From Thermoplasmata archaeon (GTDB lineage: Archaea; Thermoplasmatota; Thermoplasmata; Thermoplasmatales; GCA-001856825): a DNA stretch of 64,000 nucleotides. The position numbers were made by a program, and so were the translations under genes. Below the pieces are notes generated by a model. That model had not been told where the DNA came from and made no database searches. It saw only the letters and a list, made by a program, of their open reading frames with translations. Location: the NCBI GenBank assembly GCA_049965815.1, contig JBMFVV010000002.1, forward strand, positions 46,004-110,003. Reading direction: 5' to 3'. Positions within the stretch are counted from its first letter, which is position 1. Each line of letters starts with the position of its first letter. Below, one piece after another: positions 47,984 through 57,991 of this stretch.

Positions 47984-49962
47984 TTGTTGATGCATGGGGC
48001 AACAGAAACTTGTACACCATCGATGAAAAAAAGAAGATAAAGAGATGGGACTATGAACACACAATATATGTCGCTGGAGATCGTCTTGAAAGAGTCACTG
48101 ACGAGATAGATATTGTACCGTGGATTAAGTGGAAACTGGAAGAACAGAAGGATATATTCTCCACCAAAAAGGTAGTAAGTATAAGCCTACCACCAAACAA
48201 GGTAAGCGAGGTGATAATGGCAATAGAACGTATAGGAAACTTCAGAGATTATAAGATTTACAACGCTGACATAAACATTGTACAATCATTCATGGTCAAG
48301 AACAACCTACATTTTTTTAATGACGACAAGGAAGTAGATTTTGATGCGTCTGATTTAAACGTCCTTGATATAAAATTTATAGACTCACTGGAAGAAATAG
48401 AGATAAACGGGCAGATGTTCACAAACATTACTTCATCATTAGATTCCTTCTTTTCCAACATGAAAGACGCTAATCTGATAGTCTCAGAGGGTGGTGATAA
48501 GTATTTTCCTAGATTCTTTGAACTTGCGGGAAGGAAAGGGTACAGGGCCAGAACATCTAGAAGCAGGGAAAGAACATTTACTTCATATGGAAGAATAAGT
48601 CATAGAGCCAGTGGTTTCATAATTTATGGGATACCACATATAGATAGAGAGACATCTTTCATATTTAGCGAAGGTGGTCTGGAAGGTCTTATTACTGTTT
48701 CCAAGATCACGTCCCTGCCCCTTTTCCATTCCGCACGTATCACCCCTGGTACCGCTGTTTCTTCATACGAAGTGAAGAAATCTCTGGAGAAGGGAATTAT
48801 GATACCCCTCTACAAGGACGACCATGAGATGATTAAGGATATTGATACATTTATAAGTGCTGATAAGGGAGGGTTATACCTTCAGCCAGTACCTGGCATA
48901 TACGAAAACGTCTTTGAGATAGATTTCAGTTCAATGTATCCATCAATAATAGTGAATTACAATCTTTCCCCGGAGACCATAAATGTAAAGTGTAAAAATA
49001 CGAGAAGAATAGATGACCTAGGATATGACATTTGTATGGATAAGAGGGGAATGCTGCCAGAATTTTTATCAGATCTTCTTGATCTCCGTCTTTATTATAA
49101 GAGCAAGAAGAAATCTGATGAAAGATACAGAAGGAGGGATTCAGTTCTGAAGTGGCTTTTGTTGACATCGTTTGGTTATACCGGCTACAAGAATGCAAAA
49201 TTCGGCAGGATAGAAGTTCACGAATCAATAACCAGTATTGGAAGAAAGATACTGACTGACAGCGTAAAAATAGCCGAGGACGAGGGATTCAAAGTTATCC
49301 ACGGAATAGTAGATTCTCTGTGGTTGCAGGGAAATGGAGATATCTATGAGGTAATGAGAAGAATAGAAGAAATAAGTAGACTTAAGATTTCTCTTGAGGG
49401 TTTCTACAAGTGGATAGTGTTCCTACCAGCCAGGGATGGAAGTGGAGCTCTCAACAGATATTTTGGGCTCATGGAAAATGGAAAATTTAAGGTTAGAGGG
49501 ATAGAACTGCGTAGGACAGACTTCCCTGATGTTTGTAAGGAAATGCAAGAAGAGATACTCAACGTTTATTCAATGGTTTCAAAAGCGACAGATTTTCATA
49601 AACATTATGACGAAGTAGAGAAAATATATGACGGATATAAGTTCAAGATAATGAATGGAAAGCTAGATGACTCGGAACTAAAGATATCAATAGTTGCTAC
49701 TCGCAGACCGGAAGCATATAAGGTTAATGGAATAAGGAAGATGGCGATAGAAAAGGCTGGGAATATAGGTCCAGGTGATAAGGTCTCTATGTTCGTATTA
49801 GACGAGAGCAAGGGCGAGGTAGATATAGAAAATCTAGAAAGCAGATATGACAAGAACTATTATCTTAGAAAACTCCAAATGGCATGGGAAAGCATATCAT
49901 ATCCCTATAAGCATCAATCTATAATATACCAGAAGAGTATCGAGGAATATGATACAAATTGA
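47980..49962 (+). CDS. Family-B DNA polymerase homolog with degenerate exonuclease and polymerase motifs (PolB2/Dpo2-like)
   Basis: 660 aa. Motif A is retained (GGLYLQPVPGIYENVFEIDFSSMYPSIIVNYNLSPETI). Motif B KxxxNSxYG reads KWLLLTSFG. Motif C YxDTDS reads HGIVDS. Exo I DIE reads DIK (LNVLDIKF). The Exo II FD is absent (GGDKYFPRF). The KxY region reads LNRYFGL. Confidence 0.8.
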   Translation: MIVDAWGNRNLYTIDEKKKIKRWDYEHTIYVAGDRLERVTDEIDIVPWIKWKLEEQKDIFSTKKVVSISLPPNKVSEVIMAIERIGNFRDYKIYNADINIVQSFMVKNNLHFFNDDKEVDFDASDLNVLDIKFIDSLEEIEINGQMFTNITSSLDSFFSNMKDANLIVSEGGDKYFPRFFELAGRKGYRARTSRSRERTFTSYGRISHRASGFIIYGIPHIDRETSFIFSEGGLEGLITVSKITSLPLFHSARITPGTAVSSYEVKKSLEKGIMIPLYKDDHEMIKDIDTFISADKGGLYLQPVPGIYENVFEIDFSSMYPSIIVNYNLSPETINVKCKNTRRIDDLGYDICMDKRGMLPEFLSDLLDLRLYYKSKKKSDERYRRRDSVLKWLLLTSFGYTGYKNAKFGRIEVHESITSIGRKILTDSVKIAEDEGFKVIHGIVDSLWLQGNGDIYEVMRRIEEISRLKISLEGFYKWIVFLPARDGSGALNRYFGLMENGKFKVRGIELRRTDFPDVCKEMQEEILNVYSMVSKATDFHKHYDEVEKIYDGYKFKIMNGKLDDSELKISIVATRRPEAYKVNGIRKMAIEKAGNIGPGDKVSMFVLDESKGEVDIENLESRYDKNYYLRKLQMAWESISYPYKHQSIIYQKSIEEYDTN

Positions 49963-50236
49963 AAATCTATCCGTGGGAGGAGAGACGTATACCGGAATAA
50001 AAATAGACACTAAACCTGCGCCAATCGTTGTGATAACCGGTAAGAAAGGATTTCTAATGTGTGGATACCTTAACATGGAAGCCGCAGACAAAACAGGTGC
50101 AATAGCTGCATCCATATCCGGAGTCAATACGTTTGATGACCTGCTCAACAAAGACATAGTAAAGATCAGTGCCAAGGCAAGAGAATCAGGGGTGAAAGAG
50201 GGGATGAAAGGAAGAGAAGCACTAAAATTCCTTTAA
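49949..50236 (+). CDS. DUF1805 (YunC-like) domain protein
   Basis: 95 aa. The pattern ..YTGIKIDTKPAPIVVITGKKGFLMCGYLNMEAADKTGAIAASISGVNTFDDLLN..GMKGREALKFL resembles the YunC/DUF1805 pattern as I remember it. It overlaps the polymerase 3' end by 14 nt. Confidence 0.65.
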   Translation: MIQIENLSVGGETYTGIKIDTKPAPIVVITGKKGFLMCGYLNMEAADKTGAIAASISGVNTFDDLLNKDIVKISAKARESGVKEGMKGREALKFL

Positions 50237-50321
50237 TTGATTTAATGATACAAAGATAGAAGATCAATATCTATCCTAACCACTGGGTATATTGCGTTGA
50301 TATATTCCTAAAAATTCTTAC

Positions 50322-51263
50322 TCAATGAGGAATAACATTGTTAATCACTCTTATAGGATTGTCCCAAAGGACCTGCTTAGAATGTTTGCCTAACATATCC
50401 GATAGTTCTGCAATCTTAGTTACGTCTTCAAATCCTTTAGGAGTATCATCTATACCCAGGAAATCAGTTCCGAGTGCCACATGGTCCCATCCAAAATTCT
50501 CCCCAACATATTCCATGTGCTTGACCATATCATTTATAGAAGGGTCTTTACTAAGAGTTGTTCTGATGGCAGTAATACCAATTACACCTCCAGTTTTAAC
50601 TATTGCTTCTATGCTGTCATCATCCAAGTTTCTAGCGTGATTGTAGATGCTCTTTACATTCCCGTGTGAGGAAATGACAGGTTTCTTTGACACCGAACAT
50701 GCATCTAATATCGTACCCCTACTTGCATGAGCCATGTCAACAATAACGTTTTGTTCATTAGCTACTTTTACGAGCTCCTCCCCATACCCTGTTAGTCCAT
50801 AGTCCTTTTTTGACATTGCGGAAGCAGCAAATTTCGTGTCATAATTCCAGGTGAGACCTATACATCTCAGGCCTATATCCCTTAAGAGATAAAGATCATA
50901 GGGGTCTCTAAGACAGTCCGTTCCTTCCAGGCTGAGAAGTATCTTTGTCCCTTCATTCATTTCATCTGATTGCCCCTGTATGATCTTTACTAGTCCCTTT
51001 CTCTCGATATGCTTGTAAAACTTAAGTTGCTCCATCAGGTCTTCCAAAAGCGCGACAGTTGCCCTTCTTGGGCCTGAACCGTATTGTTTGCTGAGTTCTT
51101 CAGCTCTATCATTAACAACAGAAATGTGCGGGAAGCTTACTCCAAATACAATGGCATCCTCGAACCTTCCAATCGCATCTAAATTTGACTGTTTTGTAGA
51201 CGAGACAATATCTTCACGCTGTGAAGTTATTCCCATGTCCTGATGCAAATCTACGAATTTCAT
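50322..51263 (-). CDS. M19-family membrane dipeptidase-like metallopeptidase
   Basis: 313 aa with motifs VDLHQD, DMAHASRGT, PVISSHGNV..NHARNLDD and ALGTDFLGI. Confidence 0.8.
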   Translation of the reverse strand: MKFVDLHQDMGITSQREDIVSSTKQSNLDAIGRFEDAIVFGVSFPHISVVNDRAEELSKQYGSGPRRATVALLEDLMEQLKFYKHIERKGLVKIIQGQSDEMNEGTKILLSLEGTDCLRDPYDLYLLRDIGLRCIGLTWNYDTKFAASAMSKKDYGLTGYGEELVKVANEQNVIVDMAHASRGTILDACSVSKKPVISSHGNVKSIYNHARNLDDDSIEAIVKTGGVIGITAIRTTLSKDPSINDMVKHMEYVGENFGWDHVALGTDFLGIDDTPKGFEDVTKIAELSDMLGKHSKQVLWDNPIRVINNVIPH

Positions 51264-51339
51264 AAATGTTAAGGACTGAGGAATTATTTAACTCTTCTAC
51301 GGCTCGATGGCTCTATTCAGTTTAATGTCAATATGACAT

Positions 51340-51768
51340 CTATCTGTACAGCTCATAAACCCTAAGGAACGCTCCCTTCTTCTTCTCCCTTATATCAGCT
51401 TCTTCTGACTCAACTGTAGCTGAACCCACTTTTTTGCCATCTAAATTCTCTATGATACAGGTTGATCCTTTCCTTATGATCCCGACTATACTTTTTATTC
51501 CAGCGGCATACAGATTTGCTCCATTTTTTATTCCAGCATAAGCACCATCATCGATGATGACACGAGGGAAATCCTTAGATACCATAATCCTCAAGGTTGG
51601 AAGCCATTTTTCCTCATATTTAATCAATATGGGGACGGAGCCATCGTATATAACTGAGTGATCATTCTCTTCAATCTCTAGGCTCTTGGATTCCGTAGAG
51701 ATTCCAAAACCATCTAAAAGTTCTCTGTATTCTTTGCTTTCTCTCTTCGAAAGGAAGTGTCTTTTCAC
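51340..51768 (-). CDS. PUA-domain RNA-binding protein
   Basis: 142 aa with a C-terminal PUA-like segment VIIDDGAYAGIKNGANLYAAGIKS..GSTCIIENLDGKKVGSA. Confidence 0.7.
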   Translation of the reverse strand: MKRHFLSKRESKEYRELLDGFGISTESKSLEIEENDHSVIYDGSVPILIKYEEKWLPTLRIMVSKDFPRVIIDDGAYAGIKNGANLYAAGIKSIVGIIRKGSTCIIENLDGKKVGSATVESEEADIREKKKGAFLRVYELYR

Positions 51769-51854
51769 TTGGTAATGATTCTAGCTTATTCTATAAACAT
51801 TACGTAACCGCGAACAAAATTACTAAGAAGGAAATGGCACGCATCAGCAATGAG

Positions 51855-53066
51855 CTAGAGGGATATCCTCTGATATACCTCTATTGCATCTCTACCTTCC
51901 CCAATGCCTACCAACACGACTGGAACTTTCAATTGGTCCTCTATGAAGCTGATATAATCCCTTAAATTTGCTTTTCCACTTCTCCATGGCTTGAAACTTT
52001 CATAGTTCACCTTGTCGGGTTTCTTGGACGGATTGAACTCGTTAACTTCCTTCCCATCATACTCGTAGGAGACTGCAACCTTTATGGTATCCATCTTTCC
52101 TAATATGTCAACCTTTGTAAGCGCAAGGTAATCTAGTGAGTTTAGTCTGACAGCTCTGCGCAGCATTGGAAGGTCCAAATATCCCACACGTCTAGGGCGG
52201 CCAGTAGTTGCACCGAATTCGTTGCCTAATGTCCTCAGCTTATCAGCATATTCCCCGAAGATTTCTGTAGGAAACATCCCCTCTCCAACCCTAGTGGTAT
52301 ACGCCTTAGCTACCCCAATAAATTTGTTGAAATACCTTGGTGACAGGCCCGTACCTACAGTCACACCACCTGATGTCGTGTAAGAAGACGTGACATAAGG
52401 ATACGTTCCGGAATCAATATCTATGAAAGTACCATTTGCAGTCTCGAATAATGCACTCTTTCCATTATTTATCGCATCTTCAAGGTATTCGCGAGTATCG
52501 TAAATGTACTTCTTAATAGATTCATAATCTTCCATAAGACTGTCTACATATCCATCCTCAAACGGTATCCGGTATATCTGACTCAATAAGGTGAGATGTT
52601 CCTTTAGATCATTCCTGCTACTGAAATCTACCAGCCTGATACCATATCGCCCAAATTTTGATTCGTATGCAGGCCCTATTCCTTTCAATGTGGTCCCTAT
52701 TTTTCCAGCACCCCTCATCTGTTCAATTTCACTGTCGCGTTTGAAATGTAATTCCGTCACAACATGCGCCAAATCTGAAACTTTGAGGTCGAAGTTTCCA
52801 CGAAACTTACTCAAAAATTCGATCTCTTCCTTTAACCGTCGTAGATTAATGACAACCCCCTTTGCGACGACTACCGTTTTTGAACCAAGGAATCCAGCAG
52901 GAATTAAGTGGTACTTAATTGTTTGACCATCAACTACTACCGTATGACCCGCATTTTCCCCGCCATTGAACCTGACAGTGATATCAAAATTCTTGGAAAG
53001 GTAGTCTATAATTTTTCCTTTTCCTTCATCACCAAACTGACAGCCAACTAAAGTCAAGGTTTCCAT
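51855..53066 (-). CDS. purA: Adenylosuccinate synthetase
   Basis: 403 aa with motifs GCQFGDEGKGKIIDYL, GHTV, GTTLKGIGPAYESK and GATTGRPRRVG. Confidence 0.95.
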   Translation of the reverse strand: METLTLVGCQFGDEGKGKIIDYLSKNFDITVRFNGGENAGHTVVVDGQTIKYHLIPAGFLGSKTVVVAKGVVINLRRLKEEIEFLSKFRGNFDLKVSDLAHVVTELHFKRDSEIEQMRGAGKIGTTLKGIGPAYESKFGRYGIRLVDFSSRNDLKEHLTLLSQIYRIPFEDGYVDSLMEDYESIKKYIYDTREYLEDAINNGKSALFETANGTFIDIDSGTYPYVTSSYTTSGGVTVGTGLSPRYFNKFIGVAKAYTTRVGEGMFPTEIFGEYADKLRTLGNEFGATTGRPRRVGYLDLPMLRRAVRLNSLDYLALTKVDILGKMDTIKVAVSYEYDGKEVNEFNPSKKPDKVNYESFKPWRSGKANLRDYISFIEDQLKVPVVLVGIGEGRDAIEVYQRISL

Positions 53067-53183
53067 TTGAACCTTTTAACCATATCTTCAGGCAGATAAT
53101 AACTTTTCATCTATACTTATAAAAAAGGCAACCGGAGGCAATTGCTGCTTTGACAGTCTATAACCCACATTGTTCTGATCCTC

Positions 53184-54428
53184 TCAGTGAACGTTATTAA
53201 CCGCTTCAGAGACAGATTCCTCTGGAAGCTTTACCCTCCTGAACCAGATGTAAAATGAAACTATGGAAACTACATAGAGTATTGCGGCTATCTCAAATGG
53301 AAGTCTATACCTTCCCTGCTTCAACATGATAGAACCCGGGTATGTTGAAAATGAATTTGGCATTCTGAAAAAAATGCTTGTTATTCCAGACGCGACACCT
53401 CGATGATTGCTTGGAATGATACCCATTATTAAGGAGGTTGATAAGGGGCCTGATACGTTCATCAGCAACGATCGTATTACGAAGAATGTAGCTGAAAGCC
53501 CAAAACTCCCAGCAAACGGGATGAGAACCATAAATACGGTTGAAGCCAGCATTGTTATTACCATAGCATTTATCAATCCCATCCTTCTCCCTAGGGCCGG
53601 GGCAATCAATGCAGATAAAGCGAGTAAAGCACTAGCAACACCTAGGACAGGACCACTAATTGTATCTGGAACCTGAAACTTATAATTAAACCATTGACTC
53701 ATTAATGGAATGAACAATCCTGCCCCAACTGCTATACCTACATTGGAAAGTATGTATTTTGTCAGCACATCCTTTGTCCTTTGTGTCATAGGTTCTATCT
53801 TTTCCACAACATTTCTATTGCGTTTCTCAGAAATACCTATGAAAAAAGCAGTAGATGCAACCGTAGCTATACCGAGGGCAACGTAAAGAAGTAAATGCGC
53901 ATCTAACGTGCTTAACCCAAAGAGCGTCATCGGTGATACCAAATAAATCATGAAACCTCCGCCAGCCCAGGCACCATTTTGCATAAGAGAATTAAGAGAG
54001 AATGCAGCCGTTCTCTTTCCTGTTGACGACAATTCGGATAGCATCGCACCCTGTGAGCTGCTAAATGCAGCGTCTCCTGCCCCTATAATTATCGCTACAA
54101 TTATTAGCGAATACAGGGAGGTCGCAAAGGCCAAAATTATAACGCCCAGGCCAAGTGCCAGGTTTCCATAGACAATGACTCCCTTCCTTCCTCTCCTGTC
54201 AGAAAGAACCCCCAGAGGTATTGAGAGAGCGGATGCAGCAACACCTTCCATTGTGAATAAAAGGCCGGCATAAATGATCGATATCCCCCTAACAGTATGA
54301 AGAAAATAAGAGAGGTCGGTGAATATCAGTCCAAGTGCTAAATTTCCCAGGAAACTTCCACCTATTAGCATCTTGGAATTCTTGGAAATACCGGCAAAAT
54401 CTTCAAAGGGACCCTTTCCATCAGACAA
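53184..54428 (-). CDS. MFS transporter (unknown substrate)
   Basis: 414 aa with about 12 TM helices and the MFS loop motif GVLSDRRGRKG. Confidence 0.8.
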   Translation of the reverse strand: MSDGKGPFEDFAGISKNSKMLIGGSFLGNLALGLIFTDLSYFLHTVRGISIIYAGLLFTMEGVAASALSIPLGVLSDRRGRKGVIVYGNLALGLGVIILAFATSLYSLIIVAIIIGAGDAAFSSSQGAMLSELSSTGKRTAAFSLNSLMQNGAWAGGGFMIYLVSPMTLFGLSTLDAHLLLYVALGIATVASTAFFIGISEKRNRNVVEKIEPMTQRTKDVLTKYILSNVGIAVGAGLFIPLMSQWFNYKFQVPDTISGPVLGVASALLALSALIAPALGRRMGLINAMVITMLASTVFMVLIPFAGSFGLSATFFVIRSLLMNVSGPLSTSLIMGIIPSNHRGVASGITSIFFRMPNSFSTYPGSIMLKQGRYRLPFEIAAILYVVSIVSFYIWFRRVKLPEESVSEAVNNVH

Positions 54429-54650
54429 GAATTAACACCGTTGAATAAGTAACGTATGAAAAGTATCCATTAGATGTATTCGATAGCAGAATGGTGATTC
54501 CTTTTCTAATACCATAAACCACCATATTCTTTAAAATTTAAGCTTTCTACTCTTCTGATATGCCAATATTCGTTGTTGCAAATGGCCCATGAACCATGAA
54601 ATAATCAAATTAGTTTAATCAAATATTTTTATAATTACGAATGGCCTATC

Positions 54651-56186
54651 GTGTCAATGACTTTACTGGGAAGACTGCAGGGATTAGGGGTGGCAGTAAA
54701 ATACTATCCAAGGGCCAGGTATCTCAGGTATTACCAGAGAACACTCGAAAGAACAGGAAAGCCACCAGAAAGGCAACGAAGCATCAGGGAAGCAACCAAA
54801 CTTAGAGATGCGATGATCAGTTCTGGGCCCCTGTTCATTAAGCTTGGCCAGGTACTCTCTTCAAGGAGAGATGTGGTCCCAGAGGAGTACGTAGAGGTTC
54901 TTACTGACCTTCAGGATGCGGTACCGATGCCTCCATTTGCACCAGTAAGGAAGCTAATAGAAGAAGAGATTGGAAAGATTGAAGAGGTGTTTGAAGAGTT
55001 TGAAGAGTCGGGAATTTCTGGAGCTAGTTTGGGTCTTGTCTACAAGGCAAAATACAAAGGGAATGAAGTCGCTGTAAAGGTCAACAGGCCCAATATTAGA
55101 GAAACAATAAGGAAGGACAGGGAGAAGGTTACGGCTTTTATTGGGCTTCTGGAGCGTTTTACTGGAAAGACGTTTTCACTTTCCGCCTTTACAGAACAGT
55201 TCCTTACGAGCCTGGAACTTGAGCTCGATTACAAAAGGGAGGCTGAATCTATCGATATAATAGGGGAGAAAATACGCGATCTTGATTTGGAAATGGAAGT
55301 AATGGTGCCAAAAGTTTATAGCGATATCTCAACGACCAAGATATTGGTCATGGAGTACATGGATTTCATAAAGATAACAGATATCGATGAATTAAAATCG
55401 AATAAGGCAGATCTTCCCCAAATAGCAAGGGTTATCGATGAAATGTTCATAAGGCTCGCACTTAGGGAAGGAAGGTTTCATGCCGACCCTCACCCTGGCA
55501 ACCTTGGATGGAACAAGAAAAACAAAATCGTTCTACTGGACTACGGTATGACATCAGAGCTTCCTGAGGACCTGAGAGATAAGCTGCTGATGGGTTATTA
55601 TTACCTCTCCACACTGGATGCAAGGCGTCTCCTGAGCGTACTGGTCGATATAGACCTTATAGACCCCACGGCAGACAGAGTATTCATGGAACAGGTACTG
55701 AATACAATATTCAAGGACCTCCAAGGCAAGGAAATTACAAAAATGGAATACCAGGAACTTGTGCACAGGGCAAATATTGTTCTTTATAGGTTCCCGTTTA
55801 GACTTCCATATAATCTTGCACTGTTTGCAAGAATGTCTGTAATACTGGACGGAGTATGCAAGACGCTAGATAAGGATTTCAACTTCATAAGTGTAGTTGC
55901 AGATGTAATGAAGGAGGAAAAGGCAGCCTTCAGGATCCTCAAGAGAAGAATATTTGAACTACCTCAAAGAATCCAGAAACTGGTTTCTGACTACATGAGC
56001 ATTCCCGATCTAATAAAAAATGTGAACAGGCAACCCCAGAAAAAAAGAAGAGCAGATTACTCTAGCGCAATCATTGCATCTGGGTTCTTCATATCTGGCG
56101 CAATAATGATATCTAACACTCTTTATGGCGTAATACCATTTGCTGTAGGGGTTGTATTCGCAGTTCTTTCATTCAGGTCTAATTAA
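54651..56186 (+). CDS. ABC1/UbiB-family atypical kinase with a C-terminal TM segment
   Basis: 511 aa with motifs GPLFIKLGQVLSSRRDVVPEEY, ASLGLVYKA..VAVKV and HADPHPGNL. The GTG at 54651 or the ATG at 54657 could be the start. Confidence 0.85.
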   Translation: MSMTLLGRLQGLGVAVKYYPRARYLRYYQRTLERTGKPPERQRSIREATKLRDAMISSGPLFIKLGQVLSSRRDVVPEEYVEVLTDLQDAVPMPPFAPVRKLIEEEIGKIEEVFEEFEESGISGASLGLVYKAKYKGNEVAVKVNRPNIRETIRKDREKVTAFIGLLERFTGKTFSLSAFTEQFLTSLELELDYKREAESIDIIGEKIRDLDLEMEVMVPKVYSDISTTKILVMEYMDFIKITDIDELKSNKADLPQIARVIDEMFIRLALREGRFHADPHPGNLGWNKKNKIVLLDYGMTSELPEDLRDKLLMGYYYLSTLDARRLLSVLVDIDLIDPTADRVFMEQVLNTIFKDLQGKEITKMEYQELVHRANIVLYRFPFRLPYNLALFARMSVILDGVCKTLDKDFNFISVVADVMKEEKAAFRILKRRIFELPQRIQKLVSDYMSIPDLIKNVNRQPQKKRRADYSSAIIASGFFISGAIMISNTLYGVIPFAVGVVFAVLSFRSN

Positions 56187-56550
56187 TTGGAACTGTTTTC
56201 ACTTCTTTTCTCTTGACTACTATGTCTAGGACCCCATTATCCATGGATGCCTTTATAGAATCAGATTCAAATTCGCTGCTAATTTTAATGAACTTTGAGA
56301 ATTCGTCAACCCTTTCCTCATAGACCAGTTTCCCCGTGATATTCTTCTTCCTAGTACCTGAAACCTTCAGCCCCGTCTTAGTACTGAGGATCTTCACATC
56401 CTCCTTTTTAAATCCAGGAAGATCGAGATAAATGTGTATTTCCTCCCCTTCTTCAGAGATATCTATAGGAGGGTAGAAGACCTCTGATATTGTCTTGATT
56501 CTTTGTCCAGCCTTCTTAACGACACCTTCTATTCCTATTTGCATAACCAT
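56179..56550 (-). CDS. Small heat-shock protein (Hsp20/alpha-crystallin family)
   Basis: 123 aa with the alpha-crystallin core PPIDISEEGEEIHIYLDLPGFKKEDVKI..ASMDNGVLDIVV. Confidence 0.85.
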   Translation of the reverse strand: MVMQIGIEGVVKKAGQRIKTISEVFYPPIDISEEGEEIHIYLDLPGFKKEDVKILSTKTGLKVSGTRKKNITGKLVYEERVDEFSKFIKISSEFESDSIKASMDNGVLDIVVKRKEVKTVPIN

Positions 56551-56595
56551 AAAGTTATTATAAAAATATAAGGATTTTGTATCGGCAACCTTAAA

Positions 56596-57924
56596 CTATG
56601 GGGATATAAGATGCATTATTTCCCTTTCTCTGAGATTAATCCATTCCGAATTCATGGAGCTTATGTAAATCCTAACTGCCGGTTCTGTACCGGAAGGTCT
56701 GACCAGAATAAAGTTATCCCCGTCAAGTAATCGAAGCCCGTCTATTTCGTCAGCGCTCATCTTCGGATAGTATTCCTTCAATTTTGCCTTAATTTCTTTA
56801 AAGTCGCTTCGATTCGGTAGTTTTATTCGTCTCAGTTTGTAGTCTGGCAGTTCCTTTATCAATTCTGAGATCTCCTTCCCTCTTGTTGAGATCATATCCA
56901 GCGCAAATGCCAGTGATAGCCCTCCATCACCGCCATTGAGATATCTAGGAAAGATTACCTTCCCATTCTCCTCTCCTCCCATTAGCCCCTTAGCCCTAAC
57001 AAGGACTTCAGAAATTACTGGAGCTCCAACAGGTGTCCTTATCACATTTACGCCATGTTTTTCGGCGATTCTGTCAATCAGGAAGCTTGAGGCTACTGGA
57101 AATACCAGATCCCCCTTATATTTCTCTAACAGGTGATCCGCAACTAGGGCAACGAACTTGTCACCGTCAATCATAAATCCTCTTTCGTCCAGAAATACTG
57201 CCCTGTCTCCGTCGCCATCGTGTGCCACAGATAAATCGAACTCAGTGCTTCTTGCAAAGGATATCAGGTCTTTAATGTTCTCTTCTGTTGGTTCCGGCTC
57301 CCTTCCAGGAAAGAATGAGTCTTCATTTGCGTTTATGCTCACATAGCTTGCCCCCAGTAGTCTCAATAATCTGGGGGTTGTCACAAGAGTGGTTGAATTG
57401 GCACAATCTATCAATAACCTGAAGTGCTTCTTCTTAATTTGGTCTTGATCAACGTTCTTCAGAATCTCCATAAGATAAGGTTCTACAGCATCCTCCTTGT
57501 GGGAAATGCCAACAGAATCCCACCTAGACTTGTTGAAGTTCCCTTTCTCAATGAGCCCCTCGATCTTCACCTCTTCATCCCTGCCAGGGTTTGAGCCATC
57601 TTTGGCAATGACCTTGAACCCATTGAAATTTGGTGGATTATGGGAAGCAGTTATCATTACTCCGGGTATATTGTTCAGTTTGCAATATATCTGGGCTGCA
57701 GGTGTGGGTATCATTCCCAAATCTGTCACATTCTTGCCAGAGTTTAGCAACCCAGCGACAACAACATCCTTAAAGATTTCAGAAGTGGTTCTATTATCAT
57801 ATGCAACTGTTACCTCCTGGTCAGCGTAGTATGTTCCAACTGCCATTCCGAATCTGTAACCGAGTTCTGGAGTTATGGTTTCATTCAAAACCCCCCTTAT
57901 CCCATTCGTCCCAAAAAGAGGCAT
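56596..57924 (-). CDS. Phosphoglucomutase/phosphomannomutase family (PGM/PMM or GlmM-like)
   Basis: 442 aa with N-terminus LFGTNGIRG, phosphoserine loop TASHNPPNFNGFK, metal loop AHDGDGDR and RPSGTEP. Confidence 0.9.
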   Translation of the reverse strand: MPLFGTNGIRGVLNETITPELGYRFGMAVGTYYADQEVTVAYDNRTTSEIFKDVVVAGLLNSGKNVTDLGMIPTPAAQIYCKLNNIPGVMITASHNPPNFNGFKVIAKDGSNPGRDEEVKIEGLIEKGNFNKSRWDSVGISHKEDAVEPYLMEILKNVDQDQIKKKHFRLLIDCANSTTLVTTPRLLRLLGASYVSINANEDSFFPGREPEPTEENIKDLISFARSTEFDLSVAHDGDGDRAVFLDERGFMIDGDKFVALVADHLLEKYKGDLVFPVASSFLIDRIAEKHGVNVIRTPVGAPVISEVLVRAKGLMGGEENGKVIFPRYLNGGDGGLSLAFALDMISTRGKEISELIKELPDYKLRRIKLPNRSDFKEIKAKLKEYYPKMSADEIDGLRLLDGDNFILVRPSGTEPAVRIYISSMNSEWINLREREIMHLISP

Positions 57925-57991
57925 TATAGGTCATTGGAAGGTAAATACTAATATTTTGCTGAATTTTAAAGGGTTCTTCAATATTTCAGTA

